Shown here piece by piece: positions 1 through 9,767 of a DNA stretch of 64,000 nucleotides. The notes beneath the pieces are model-generated. The model saw only the letters and a list, made by a program, of their open reading frames with translations. It did not search any database and was not told where the DNA came from. The DNA comes from Patescibacteria group bacterium (lineage in GTDB: Bacteria; Patescibacteriota; Doudnabacteria; UBA920): the NCBI GenBank assembly GCA_036726225.1, contig DAIMCS010000004.1, positions 21,829 through 85,828 of the forward strand, in the 5' to 3' direction. A program made the position numbers and the translations under genes. Numbering within the stretch: position 1 is the stretch's first letter; every line of letters starts with the position of its first letter.

Positions 1-1581
1 TAAAATTGGGTTGTCCCGCGTGGTGTTGGAGATTACCGCAGTCAAGTTTAAAAAGAAAGCCATTATGGGAGTAAAGAAGGCGTACTTTAAAAACTCCTGC
101 CACCACTTGGCCCTATAGCTGGCCATGGAAGGCAAAACCCCGCAAGCAAACGCGACAGGGGAAATTAACAACAAAATCCACAGCGCAATAATTCGGATCA
201 TTAAAAATGCGGCAATGGCGCAAAAAACAATAAACGCTCCCCAAGAAAGCGCCAAATAAAAAAGCGGCGTTACAATTGATGAAAAAGATGAACTGTAGCT
301 GCCAAAAGATGTGGCATCCAAAAATGACGAACGCCAATTTTTGACCATTAATTCCCCTGCCAGACTGCGTATTACCTCAACATTAGCCGGCAAAAATTGC
401 GCTTGGATAGTGTCTGCAAAACCTAAAATTATTTGCCCTATAACCAAACTAAAATTTATGGTCAAAGCCGCAATAATAAGCTGGACCAATAAGTGCTTGT
501 ACTGGTAGCTCTCAACCCTAAACAGCGTAGCCAGGCCAATAATTATTAAAGCTAAAATGAAAAGTATGTTACAAATATTCCTGACAATTTCCCAACCCGG
601 ATAGATTACCGCCACAAAAGTATCTGTATACGGATGAATTGAGAGCATGGCCTGGATAATTGGTGCCACCAAATAGAAGAACACCACGTACACAAATTCC
701 TGGAGCAAACCAACTGCAAAATTAACAACCTGGCCTAAAAACCCCACCAATGAAGTAGGGCTACTTTTGCCTTCACCTTCTTTTTGTTCATTACCCGTAA
801 TTTCCACCAATATGGGTTTGGCAGAAATGGTAGTACCGTCGCTAAGCGCTGCGATAACGGTCAATTCATAGCTCTGTTTGTTTAAAGGGTAAATGCAGGT
901 AAGCTGGGTGGCTGTCCCGGACAAATTTTGTGGCTTGCTCAATTCGCCACTGCCTTTTGCATCACAAATAAAAGTGTAAGAATTTACGGAAATAGAAGTT
1001 CCGGCGTTGAGGTAAGTAACGGTATATACCTTATTCACGCCTTTGTTAACAAAAGAATCTTTTGGAGTAATTTGTATCTCCGGCGACGAATTGCTTGCGG
1101 GTGTTACTTCCAGCTCAACTAAAGGCGAAAGTATGGACTGGGAGTTTACAGTCTCGCCAACAACTTGAGTCATACCTATATACCCGCCTATGCTAAAAGT
1201 AGTCTTTTTCGATACCAACAAGTGGCCTCCAACTGTGTAAGCAAAACTGCCTGAAAAAGCAGTGCCTATATTTCGGGAAACTAAATTGGAGGCCGTTACC
1301 TTTGCGCAACCGGGAAGCCCGGCCTGTGTAGGGCAAACCCCAACATACAAAGTTTTCTGTTCCTGCGCATACCTTTCTAACAGCTCGGGGTCTGTTACAC
1401 TGTAAGTAATGGTTACTGAATCCCCAACCTTGGCTGTAGCAGGACTAATGCTCATATTTAAGCCGTCGCATACTGTATCTGACCCGCCAACACCGCTGTT
1501 AGTTGTGCAAGCAGCCAAAGCTGTTTGCTGGAAATAAAATACGCCCGCCAAAACTACCAAAGCGGGTAATATAAATTTCAA
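1..1581 (-). CDS. Partial CDS running off the window edge: secreted protein with a C-terminal multi-pass membrane domain, possibly TrbL/VirB6-like
   Basis: Reverse-strand frame open from ~1581 (TTG start, then MKFILPALVVLAGVFYFQQTALA signal peptide) to position 1 with no stop. A Cys-containing extracellular region is followed by at least five hydrophobic helices. It is absent from the ORF track, probably because no stop lies inside the window. Confidence 0.45.
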   Translation of the reverse strand, partial: MKFILPALVVLAGVFYFQQTALAACTTNSGVGGSDTVCDGLNMSISPATAKVGDSVTITYSVTDPELLERYAQEQKTLYVGVCPTQAGLPGCAKVTASNLVSRNIGTAFSGSFAYTVGGHLLVSKKTTFSIGGYIGMTQVVGETVNSQSILSPLVELEVTPASNSSPEIQITPKDSFVNKGVNKVYTVTYLNAGTSISVNSYTFICDAKGSGELSKPQNLSGTATQLTCIYPLNKQSYELTVIAALSDGTTISAKPILVEITGNEQKEGEGKSSPTSLVGFLGQVVNFAVGLLQEFVYVVFFYLVAPIIQAMLSIHPYTDTFVAVIYPGWEIVRNICNILFILALIIIGLATLFRVESYQYKHLLVQLIIAALTINFSLVIGQIILGFADTIQAQFLPANVEVIRSLAGELMVKNWRSSFLDATSFGSYSSSFSSIVTPLFYLALSWGAFIVFCAIAAFLMIRIIALWILLLISPVAFACGVLPSMASYRAKWWQEFLKYAFFTPIMAFFLNLTAVISNTTRDNPIL

Positions 1582-1804
1582 ACTAAAAAATATGTTTTCT
1601 TTGTATTTTTGTCTCAAATTTGTGCTGGGCAAGGCTGTAAATCCTTAATAAAATAAGACTTTTTCCAAGCTCAATTAGAAAAATTATACCACATAAATTC
1701 TAAAAACACAAAATTCATCCACAGTTATGAACTTTTTAAAAAATATAAGCCAATTTCGCGCAAAATGGCTTTAAATTTTTAATGGAAATTTGTATTCTTA
1801 ACCT

Positions 1805-2293
1805 ATGGACCTAAGGAAACTTAAAAAATTATCCCTGCTGCTTTCAATTATTTGCCTAACTTCTGTAGGTTGTTCCAAACCCACCGCGTCATTTGAAGGA
1901 ACAGACCCTTATAACCGCAAGCTGCTGGTGTCAAACCAAATTTTGTGGGTGGAAATTGCGGACACGGAGGAAAAAAGGCGGCGGGGACTGTCTGACAGGA
2001 ATTTTATGGCTGAAGATGAAGGGATGCTATTTTACTTCGAAGCAAAAAATCCCGAACCGGTTTTTTGGATGAAAGACACAAAATTTAATTTGGATTTAAT
2101 TTGGATAAAAAGAAATAAAATTGTTAGCATAACTCAAAACGTCCCGGCGCAAAAGCCTGGGACGCCAGATAAAGATTTGCCTCGCTACTCTGCCCCTTCC
2201 CTTGTCGATGCAGTCTTGGAGGTTAACGCGGGCTTTGCTGAAAAAAATGGGATAAAAGTCGGAGATGAAGTAAGGCTAATTGAACAAGATTAA
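1805..2293 (+). CDS. DUF192 (COG1430) family lipoprotein
   Basis: Lipobox-like LTSVGC near the N-terminus; conserved DUF192-like core (LWVEIADT...GL, FWMKDT, LDLIW). Confidence 0.7.
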   Translation: MDLRKLKKLSLLLSIICLTSVGCSKPTASFEGTDPYNRKLLVSNQILWVEIADTEEKRRRGLSDRNFMAEDEGMLFYFEAKNPEPVFWMKDTKFNLDLIWIKRNKIVSITQNVPAQKPGTPDKDLPRYSAPSLVDAVLEVNAGFAEKNGIKVGDEVRLIEQD

Positions 2294-2306
2294 ATAAGAT
2301 TTACCT

Positions 2307-2345
2307 GCCTGCCGGCAGGCAGGAATGATTGAACATGATTTTTTT
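2307..2345. terminator. Perfect palindrome cctgcctgccggcaggcagg followed by a T-run, between convergent genes
   Basis: Seen in sequence; 20-bp perfect inverted repeat then tttttttatt. Confidence 0.5.
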
Positions 2346-2360
2346 ATTCTTGTCATTCTT

Positions 2361-3200
2361 TTAAATCATGTCAATCTTGTCACTCAACTTTACCCAATCC
2401 TCAATTGAAAGTTCCTGGGGCCTTACGGTGGATTTTATGTTTAGTTCAGATAAAATTTTGAGGACGAAATTTTTGTCTTGTCCCAAATTGTTTACCAGCG
2501 TGTTATGAATTTGTTTTCTTTTGCCGGCAAAACAGGCTTTTATTATTTTAAAAAACTTTTTTTCGCCTGCAATTTTATATTTGGGCTTTTTAAATAAATC
2601 TATTTTCAAAATTGCGCTGTCAACTTTTGGGGCAGGATAAAAATTTTTTGCCGGTACAATTTGGACTAATTCCGGCTTGCCAAAAAGTTGGACGGAAATT
2701 GCGAGGATAGATAAGTCCCCTGCTTCGGCCGTAATATTCTGCGCAACTTCTTTTTGTGTTAAGACAATAACAGATGTCGGTTTAAATTTTGCGGTCATAA
2801 ACATTTGCAAAATTTTTCCCGTAATAAAATAGGGAATGTTGGCAACAACCTTGTAACTGCTAAAACCCTGCTCTTTAAAAAATTCCTGGAAATTAAATTC
2901 TAAAGCGTCCGCAATTTCAAAACGAAAATTTTTCTTGTGGTCTTTTTTTATTGAGTGGAGTATGGGGAAAAATTTTGCATCTTTTTCTATGCTCAAAACA
3001 AACCCCGCTTTTTGGCAAAGCAGCTCTGTCAGGTTGCCTATTCCCGGGCCAATTTCTAAAACCGCATCCTCAGAAGTTAGCTCAGCCGCATCCACAATAT
3101 CCAGCAACACTAAATCATCCACCAAAAAATTCTGTCCGTAGGTGAAATTTGGCCGCAAGTTATTGCGTTTTAACAGTTGTTTAAGTTGCTCAAGGTTCAT
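2361..3200 (-). CDS. rsmA: 16S rRNA (adenine1518/1519-N6)-dimethyltransferase
   Basis: GQNFLVD motif; SAM-binding EIGPGIGNLT; length 279 aa typical of KsgA. Confidence 0.9.
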   Translation of the reverse strand: MNLEQLKQLLKRNNLRPNFTYGQNFLVDDLVLLDIVDAAELTSEDAVLEIGPGIGNLTELLCQKAGFVLSIEKDAKFFPILHSIKKDHKKNFRFEIADALEFNFQEFFKEQGFSSYKVVANIPYFITGKILQMFMTAKFKPTSVIVLTQKEVAQNITAEAGDLSILAISVQLFGKPELVQIVPAKNFYPAPKVDSAILKIDLFKKPKYKIAGEKKFFKIIKACFAGKRKQIHNTLVNNLGQDKNFVLKILSELNIKSTVRPQELSIEDWVKLSDKIDMI

Positions 3201-3203
3201 AAA

Positions 3204-5357
3204 CTATTCGTTAGTTATTTCATATTCAAGTTCGCCGTCTGCTTCTTTAAAATGCTCCTTAGCCATGCCTCTGTAATCTATTTTGTCCTTTGGCAAAGCC
3301 TTTAAAATCCGGGAAGGCAGGCTGCTTTGCAAATTACCAAACACCCTGCGGGCATGGGTATACACTAAAAACAAACGTTTACGGGCGCGGGTTAGGCCCA
3401 CATAAGCCAGGCGGATTTCTTCGGAAAGCTCCTCCGGGTCAATAAGGCTTCTGGAATGCGGCAATATCCCCTCTTCTAACCCGACAAAAAATACGTTGTC
3501 AAACTCAAGGCCTTTAGCCGAATGAAGCGTCATTAAGGTTACCGCGTCTTTGCTTTCATCCTTTTGGTCAATTTCGGAAATTAGCGCGACTTCCTCCAAA
3601 AATTCCGTGGCCGCTTGCCTCCAGGGCAGATTTTTAAATTTATGCGCAACGTTAATTAATTCCAAAACGTTTTCGTAACGGGATTCTCCCGACTCGCTAC
3701 CGTCCCGCAAATATTTTTCATACCCGCTTTTTTTAACTATTACTTTCATTAATTCCGGAAGGGTAAAAGATTCATTAAACAGGAAAAATTCTTCCAGGAG
3801 AGCAAAAAAATTTTGTGCGGCTTGCCACGCTTTTGGCTGGAGTTTAATTTCAGAAAAAGCAATTCTGAATTCTGCTATGCTTCTGTCTTTTCCATTATTA
3901 GTAAAATTTAAAATAAAATCGCGAATTCCTTCGTACGACTTGTCACCAATGCCCCTGGGCGGCTCGTTAATTACCCGTTTTAGCGAAACTAAATCTTTAA
4001 AATTTAAAGCCAGGCGCAGGTAAGCCAGCACGTCTTTTATTTCCATACGTTCGTAAAATTTCAGACCGCCGACAATTTGGTAAGGGATAGAAGCTTCAAT
4101 AAGCGCTTCTTCCAAATTTCTGGATTGCGCATGGGTGCGGTACAGGACACAGTACTCTTTAAGCGATTCGTGTTTTTTTGGCATTTGCGGAAGCAGGCCC
4201 CTGCCAAAGCCGGCGGAATAATTCGCCTGCATTTTTTTAGCTTTAATAAACCTGTCCAAAATAGAAAATGCCGGCTTGTCGTCGCCAAGATTGTGAGTAT
4301 TGTCCAACGCATATTCCAGGTCGCCGGGCTGGTTTGTAGAAAGGCTAATTATAGTCCGCGCCACAAATTCTGCTTCCCCCCTTTCGTCGTCCTCGCAAGT
4401 TAAAATAATTTTCTCCCCCTGCTCATTGTTCGTCCACAAAGTCTTTTGCTTTTGCTGCGGGTTTAGCTCAATGACTTTTTGCGCCGCGTCCAATATATTT
4501 TTAGTGGAGCGATAATTTTGCTCAAGCTTAATAAGCAGCCCTTCGGGGTAATCTTTTTCAAAATTTAAAATGTTAGTTATGTCCGAGCCGCGGAATTTGT
4601 ATATGCTTTGCGCGTCATCGCCCACCACAAAAATATTGCGGTGAGTGGCCAAAAGCGTTAAAAACAGGTATTGGGCGGCGTTCGTGTCCTGGTACTCGTC
4701 TACCAGTATATAACTAAACTTTTTGCGGTATTTTTCCAAAACTTTTGGGAAATTTTGGAAAATTTTAACTGTCAGCATAAGCAAATCGTCAAAATCCAGT
4801 GCATTTTGCCTGTATAGTGAATCCTGGTATTGGCTATAGACTTCCAAAAGCCTTTCCCGCAAAGGCGATTCCAAACCTAAATTTAACTCCGAAGGGAGCT
4901 GCAAAATATTTTTTGCCCTGGAAATAAGCGCACCAAACAGTGAAGGCGGCATACGTTTGGTGTCTATTCTTAAATTTTCCAAAATCTCCTTTATGACTTT
5001 CTGCTGGTCCTGGCTGTCAAAAATTACAAAATCGTTGCCGTATCCTAAAACGCCTATTTCGTGGCGCAAAATTTTGGCGCACACGGAATGGAACGTTCCC
5101 ATGGTTAAATTATCTGTTGCAGATGTGTACCTGGCCAACAAAGCAGAAATCCTTTGCCGCATTTCTTTAGCCGCCTTGTTGGTAAAGGTTAGGGCCAAAA
5201 TATTCGCCGGATGCGCCACTTTCTTTTCTATTATATAAGCAATGCGGTGGGTTAAAGTTTTGGTTTTCCCGCTGCCGGGCCCGGCCAATACCAAAACCGG
5301 ACCCCCGGGGGCTTCTACCGCCTGCCTTTGCATATTGTTTAAGGAAGATAAATCCAT
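3204..5357 (-). CDS. pcrA: ATP-dependent DNA helicase, UvrD/PcrA/Rep family
   Basis: Walker A GPGSGKT; UvrD helicase motifs (TFTNKAA, DEYQDTN, VGDDAQSIY, YRS, LMTLHSAKGLEF). Confidence 0.9.
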   Translation of the reverse strand: MDLSSLNNMQRQAVEAPGGPVLVLAGPGSGKTKTLTHRIAYIIEKKVAHPANILALTFTNKAAKEMRQRISALLARYTSATDNLTMGTFHSVCAKILRHEIGVLGYGNDFVIFDSQDQQKVIKEILENLRIDTKRMPPSLFGALISRAKNILQLPSELNLGLESPLRERLLEVYSQYQDSLYRQNALDFDDLLMLTVKIFQNFPKVLEKYRKKFSYILVDEYQDTNAAQYLFLTLLATHRNIFVVGDDAQSIYKFRGSDITNILNFEKDYPEGLLIKLEQNYRSTKNILDAAQKVIELNPQQKQKTLWTNNEQGEKIILTCEDDERGEAEFVARTIISLSTNQPGDLEYALDNTHNLGDDKPAFSILDRFIKAKKMQANYSAGFGRGLLPQMPKKHESLKEYCVLYRTHAQSRNLEEALIEASIPYQIVGGLKFYERMEIKDVLAYLRLALNFKDLVSLKRVINEPPRGIGDKSYEGIRDFILNFTNNGKDRSIAEFRIAFSEIKLQPKAWQAAQNFFALLEEFFLFNESFTLPELMKVIVKKSGYEKYLRDGSESGESRYENVLELINVAHKFKNLPWRQAATEFLEEVALISEIDQKDESKDAVTLMTLHSAKGLEFDNVFFVGLEEGILPHSRSLIDPEELSEEIRLAYVGLTRARKRLFLVYTHARRVFGNLQSSLPSRILKALPKDKIDYRGMAKEHFKEADGELEYEITNE

Positions 5358-5478
5358 CCCGTTAGAAGAAAATTAAAAATTGTATTTATAGACAAAAATC
5401 GAACAGATTGAAGAAAACTAATACCCGTTAAAAATATTAAACTTCTAACGGGATCCATTAGGTCATCTTATCATACAA

Positions 5479-5540
5479 TCATTTTATCATTCTAACATCC
5501 GATAATTTTTTTACTTGAATTTTGGCAAGATGATAAAATG
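5479..5540. repeat. Cargo-less inverted-repeat pair TCATTTTATCAT ... ATGATAAAATG, related to the repeats flanking the four-helix-bundle gene at 15224-15636
   Basis: Seen in sequence: TCATTTTATCATTCTAACAT at 5479 matches TCATTTTATCATCTTAACAT at 15224 (20/22). Its reverse complement GATGATAAAATG lies at 5529-5540, about 38 bp away. Confidence 0.45.
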
Positions 5541-5668
5541 TCAAAATATGCTTTATTTAAGCCATAAATCATTAATTTTCTTATAAATAAAGCCTCAACT
5601 GACAACTTGTGGATGAAAAACCTTGTCCCATAAAAGCATCCTTGCTAAACTAGTCAAAGATAAAAAAC

Positions 5669-6985
5669 ATGGACTTGCAAAATATAAAATATCGGCTTAC
5701 TAAAGCGAGAAAATTACTTTTCAAACTCTTTTTCTTCGCTCAATATTTCACTAAAAGACTGTTTTTCCAAATTAAGCGGCGCGCACCGCTTCTTAAGAAG
5801 CTCCATTTAGAAAGTTTTCCCGCCATCCATTTGAATAAAATGGATTGGATGGATTTTACACTCAAGTTCGCAGGCGAATTATTAGTATTGGTTTTGGCCC
5901 TAATGGTAGTGGGCTTAAACCTTTTTTATTTTGGAGGAGCCAAAGATTCTGTTTTTAAAGACTTTAGTTTGGCTTCGGTTTTCCTAAACCGCCACACCCA
6001 GCTAAACCCAAAGCTCTATGCCAAAAACAGCCAGGTGGTCACCGTGGTTTCCAGCGGCGGCCTGTTCCCCACTGCCTTGGCCGACGACTTTGCGGGCCTG
6101 GATAATTTAAACCTTGCTGCTTACAGCGCTGAATATGAAGATGAAAACTTATTGCTCGGCAACGAAAGCACTATTTTGGCCCCAAACCCGGACAGTGTCC
6201 AGAGCTTGATTGAAAAACAAATCCAGGTTTACCAAACCCAAAGCGGAGACACATTGGGCTCGGTGGCTCAAAAGTTCGGCATTAGCCAGCAAACCATTAT
6301 TTGGGCCAACAACCTGCCTTCCAACCTAATTAAGCCGGGCTGGTATTTGTTAGTTCTGCCGGTAGACGGTGTTGCGGTAAAAGCAGACAGCAACGACACC
6401 CTGCCCGATATTGCGGCCAAGTACAACCCTCAAAGGTACAACACGGACAAAAAAATTAGGGATGAAGCGGCCGAAAAACTGCTTGATAAAATTATTTCTT
6501 ATAACGCGCTGGAAAACGCCGAAGATATTGACGGCGGACAGGTTATTATAGTGCCCGGCGGGGCCATTACCCAGGCTCCGGCGGCCCCAAGACCGGTGAC
6601 ACAACCAAAGCCCACGGGCAGCGGAGCTTCCGACGTCGTAACCAGCATAGGCTCAGGCTATGACGGCATTGGTCACATTTTCCCCAAAGGTTACTGCACT
6701 TGGTATGTAGCTTCCCGCATGAAAATTACTTTTGGCGGCAACGCCAAAAACTGGTTAGCCAACGCCAAAAGCTCCGGTTATGTGGTTAAAGGGCCTTCTG
6801 AACCCTCGGCCAGGACAGCTGTAGTTACAACCGACGACAAACGCTTCGGCCACGTAGCCCTTGTAGAAGAGGTTACTGACACTGCCATCTTTGTCACGGA
6901 AATGAATTTTGTAGGCTTTAACAAAATTAGCCAACGCTGGATTCCGAGAAACAGCAAAACCATTCGGGGTTACATTTACCCATAA
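5669..6985 (+). CDS. Peptidoglycan hydrolase with two LysM domains and a C-terminal CHAP domain
   Basis: LysM-like segments (YQTQSGDTLGSVAQKFGIS, AVKADSNDTLPDIAAKYN). CHAP signature with Cys (GYCTWYVASR) and His (GHVALVEEV). N-terminal TM segment; the true start may be an internal Met. Confidence 0.75.
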   Translation: MDLQNIKYRLTKARKLLFKLFFFAQYFTKRLFFQIKRRAPLLKKLHLESFPAIHLNKMDWMDFTLKFAGELLVLVLALMVVGLNLFYFGGAKDSVFKDFSLASVFLNRHTQLNPKLYAKNSQVVTVVSSGGLFPTALADDFAGLDNLNLAAYSAEYEDENLLLGNESTILAPNPDSVQSLIEKQIQVYQTQSGDTLGSVAQKFGISQQTIIWANNLPSNLIKPGWYLLVLPVDGVAVKADSNDTLPDIAAKYNPQRYNTDKKIRDEAAEKLLDKIISYNALENAEDIDGGQVIIVPGGAITQAPAAPRPVTQPKPTGSGASDVVTSIGSGYDGIGHIFPKGYCTWYVASRMKITFGGNAKNWLANAKSSGYVVKGPSEPSARTAVVTTDDKRFGHVALVEEVTDTAIFVTEMNFVGFNKISQRWIPRNSKTIRGYIYP

Positions 6986-7010
6986 AGCATTTATAAATCA
7001 CCAAACGCAA

Positions 7011-7048
7011 AGCGGCCGTCGAATTTAATTCGATGGCCGCTTTTCTAT
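7011..7048. terminator. Hairpin gcggccgtcgaatttaattcgatggccgc followed by ttttc, between convergent genes
   Basis: Seen in sequence; 13-bp stem with one G-T mismatch. Confidence 0.5.
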
Positions 7049-7080
7049 TAGATACGAAGGCTTAATCTAAATAAATTTTG

Positions 7081-8913
7081 TTATTCCTGCACCGTTCCCT
7101 TATTAAAACCATCATTGCCCGGCAGGCTGCCGGTATTTAAATCTTTGGCGCTTGCGCTAACCTCTTGCAAAGTGAATGAATCTCTGGCCGTAAATTTAAT
7201 ATCTTTTAGCAAAACCGGGCTCGTGCCCACCTGGGTTTGATTCGGGTTAAACACCAACTGGAATTCCACGGCTTTAGCGGTAGTAAATTTGCCTGAAAAA
7301 GCGGGCAAGTTGCCAAAATTCCAGGTAAGCTTACCGGTGCTGGCATCGAAGTCTATTTTCTCGCCCGAACTTACGCTGGAACTCACAAAACTGCCAAAGC
7401 CAAGGGGAATATAAGCAGTAAGCTGGCCGTTGCCTAAGTCGTTACTGGAATTATTTAAAGCCAGTCTAACTTTGTAAGTGGTGGACAAACCCAGCTTTGG
7501 CGGGAGCTGCCCGGAAAAAAAGCTTAACGTTGCGTTAATGCTGGAGGGGCTGGAAATTTTAAAGCTTAGGCTGTTGCCCGGGAAAAACGACTCGTATTCG
7601 CTGGATTTAATTTTAATATTTGAAACCAAAGTTAAATTTTTAGAGGAATCTTTGGTGGCCGGGTCGCTAATTTTAAAATTAAAAGACAGCTGGCCGGACT
7701 CATTGGGCGCTAAAGTTTCCAGCTGCGAAACAGTGGACGCGTTCCAACTAATTGTGTTGTTGTTTATTTGCCCGCCCTCGGAACGGATTGAGCTTAAGTC
7801 AACGGCTTTAGAGTCTAAAGTAACGGAAATATTGACTCCATGGGCTAAAACACTGGAATTGTTCTGGTAGCGGACGCTGAAATTTAAAGTGTCTCCGGGG
7901 CTTGCAACGCCACTTAAATTTTCCGGATTCAGTCTTTGTTCCACCAGCAAAGGCAAATTGGATATTTCTGTTATAAAAGACGAGCTGTTTTGGACAAAAA
8001 ATTGCCCGCCGTCACCTAAAATTAAAAACTCTGCTGTCGCGGTTTTGTTCTGGCCAGGAATTGACGAGCTAAAAGTACCCTGGATTTGGATGCTGCCTGA
8101 AGCCGCCTCAGCCAAGGCGCCAATATCCCAGGTGTCAGAACCCAGGGAGGGTGAAGGATTAGCTGAAGCAAAAACAAACCCTTCAGGATATATCATTTTA
8201 ACTCTTGCGCTTTTTATTGCGGTATCAGAGTTGTTTTGGTATTTAATTAAATATTGGACTAATTGGGCATTGTTAGTGCTTGCCGGCCCTTCTAATTCAA
8301 TTATTACATTGGAAGCTACGAGGGTTATTTCGGACTGAGCCTGTTTAACAAATTCAGAATTAAAATTGGCGTATTTGTAATGAAGCTTAATTTCTAAAGT
8401 TTTTTTCTCATTTAAATTACCCGATGCCTTGGTTTTTACAAACACCACTGCGTTCTGGCCGGAAATTAAATCGGGCATTTCAAAAAGGCTGTGGGACAGG
8501 TTGGAAGCATTGGGACTGCTGCTTTGGTACACTACCCCGCTTGGATAAGCAAGCTCTAACTCTAAATCTACCAATTTTTGCGGGTCATTGTTTTGGACTG
8601 TAATTTTGTACACGGCCTCGCCTCCGCTGGGCACATTTTGCGGCACTTCCACTGAAATATTTACGTTAGCCTCTAAAACCGGAGCAGGTGCGCTGGGTTT
8701 GAACGCAAAATAGGCCAAAACCGAAATTAACACTACCCCAACAAAAATAGCCCAAAAATAAATCTTATTGGCTTTATAAAAACCAAAAAATCCCCCTCCT
8801 TGGAGCTGCTCCCTTACAAACGAGCCCGTGGACGTGTTTTCCACAGACTTGGTTACAAACCCTTGGTTAGAAACTGCTTTATTTGGTTCAGAATTATTTA
8901 TTTCTTCAGGCAT
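7081..8913 (-). CDS. Large cell-surface protein: N-terminal TM anchor and repetitive beta-rich extracellular domains
   Basis: TM helix (IYFWAIFVGVVLISVLAYFAF) then about 530 aa of Ser/Thr/Asn-rich repeats; no catalytic motif recognised. Confidence 0.55.
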   Translation of the reverse strand: MPEEINNSEPNKAVSNQGFVTKSVENTSTGSFVREQLQGGGFFGFYKANKIYFWAIFVGVVLISVLAYFAFKPSAPAPVLEANVNISVEVPQNVPSGGEAVYKITVQNNDPQKLVDLELELAYPSGVVYQSSSPNASNLSHSLFEMPDLISGQNAVVFVKTKASGNLNEKKTLEIKLHYKYANFNSEFVKQAQSEITLVASNVIIELEGPASTNNAQLVQYLIKYQNNSDTAIKSARVKMIYPEGFVFASANPSPSLGSDTWDIGALAEAASGSIQIQGTFSSSIPGQNKTATAEFLILGDGGQFFVQNSSSFITEISNLPLLVEQRLNPENLSGVASPGDTLNFSVRYQNNSSVLAHGVNISVTLDSKAVDLSSIRSEGGQINNNTISWNASTVSQLETLAPNESGQLSFNFKISDPATKDSSKNLTLVSNIKIKSSEYESFFPGNSLSFKISSPSSINATLSFFSGQLPPKLGLSTTYKVRLALNNSSNDLGNGQLTAYIPLGFGSFVSSSVSSGEKIDFDASTGKLTWNFGNLPAFSGKFTTAKAVEFQLVFNPNQTQVGTSPVLLKDIKFTARDSFTLQEVSASAKDLNTGSLPGNDGFNKGTVQE

Positions 8914-8926
8914 GGTCTTTCATTAA

Positions 8927-9691
8927 TTATAGCATATTTTCCTGTTTTAAATATTTTTCCGAATTAACCTTACGTTCCAATTGATTTTCTATAAACTGGG
9001 ACAGAAAAGTCTGCAGTGGGCCAATGCCCGGCAGCCCAAAAAGCGATGGAATTTCCGGAAAATTGCTGCTTTTCAGTTTTTTAAATAATTCATCGTTGCG
9101 GTCCGGAACACCTAATCCCGAAGCCTCCAGAATTCCAATTTTAAATTTCGCCAGGCCTAAATCTATAATTCTGTCCGGATAAGATTCGGGGTTAAACAAT
9201 AGTGTTCGACCTTGTGGAGAACCTATTGTTTGATCTTTGGCTCCATTAGCACTTCTCGACTTCGCTCGAAGACTATTTTGACATTCGTCATTTAAAAATT
9301 GTAAAAAATCCTGTAGCAGATTAAACAAAACTTCGTTTTTCTGCTCATCGGCAGTTATTTTTAAAGTCAGTTCTGTGGCGTAAAAAGCCGTCTTCATTGC
9401 CTGCAAATTTTCGCGTAAGTGATGATACACCTTTACTGTTTCGGCGGATATTATTTTCGGCATTTTTCCCAAAGTCAGCCTAACCTCCACTAAAAACAAA
9501 GCCTGCAGCTTTTGCTGCAGCTTTGACTTTGGCGATTTAACGGATTTTGCCAGGGCGCGGATTTTACCCTGTTCTTTTGTGAAAAAAGTAATAATTTCAT
9601 CCGCTTCTTTGTAAGCCTGTTTTTTGAGGATGATTGCGTGATAAGTTTGTTCTCTCATAAATACATCGAATCTACGAATAAGGCGAATCAA
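8927..9691 (-). CDS. recO: DNA repair protein RecO
   Basis: N-terminal OB-fold region (YHAIILKKQAYKEADEIITFFT) typical of RecO; length 254 aa; no Cys-rich zinc finger. Confidence 0.7.
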   Translation of the reverse strand: MIRLIRRFDVFMREQTYHAIILKKQAYKEADEIITFFTKEQGKIRALAKSVKSPKSKLQQKLQALFLVEVRLTLGKMPKIISAETVKVYHHLRENLQAMKTAFYATELTLKITADEQKNEVLFNLLQDFLQFLNDECQNSLRAKSRSANGAKDQTIGSPQGRTLLFNPESYPDRIIDLGLAKFKIGILEASGLGVPDRNDELFKKLKSSNFPEIPSLFGLPGIGPLQTFLSQFIENQLERKVNSEKYLKQENML

Positions 9692-9762
9692 CGAATAACA
9701 ACGAATTTACGAATTTTATAATTCGTAGCCCTTCGCAGATTCGTTCAATTCGTTGATTCGAA
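9665..9762. repeat. Imperfect palindrome of about six CGAAT pentamers followed by about five ATTCG pentamers, in the ileS-recO intergenic region
   Basis: Seen in sequence: tcgaatc tacgaat ggcgaat aacgaat aacgaat tacgaat | ttat | aattcgt ... attcgtt aattcgtt gattcgaag. The central 8-bp arms are perfect and the outer arms match cgaatcaacgaat / attcgttgattcg. Confidence 0.5.
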
Positions 9763-9767
9763 GTATT

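Noticed and set aside
2935-3145. Plus-strand ORFs of 64-68 aa inside rsmA.
   Set aside because: Antisense to a well-supported gene, low-complexity Ser/Pro-rich products.
4061-4515. Antisense or alternative-frame ORFs inside pcrA.
   Set aside because: Antisense to a well-supported gene, no motifs, typical shadow ORFs.
4957-5238. Antisense or alternative-frame ORF inside pcrA.
   Set aside because: Antisense to a well-supported gene, no motifs, typical shadow ORF.
7478-8338. Two plus-strand ORFs (130 and 149 aa) inside the large surface-protein gene.
   Set aside because: Shadow ORFs in a repetitive gene. No start context or motifs.
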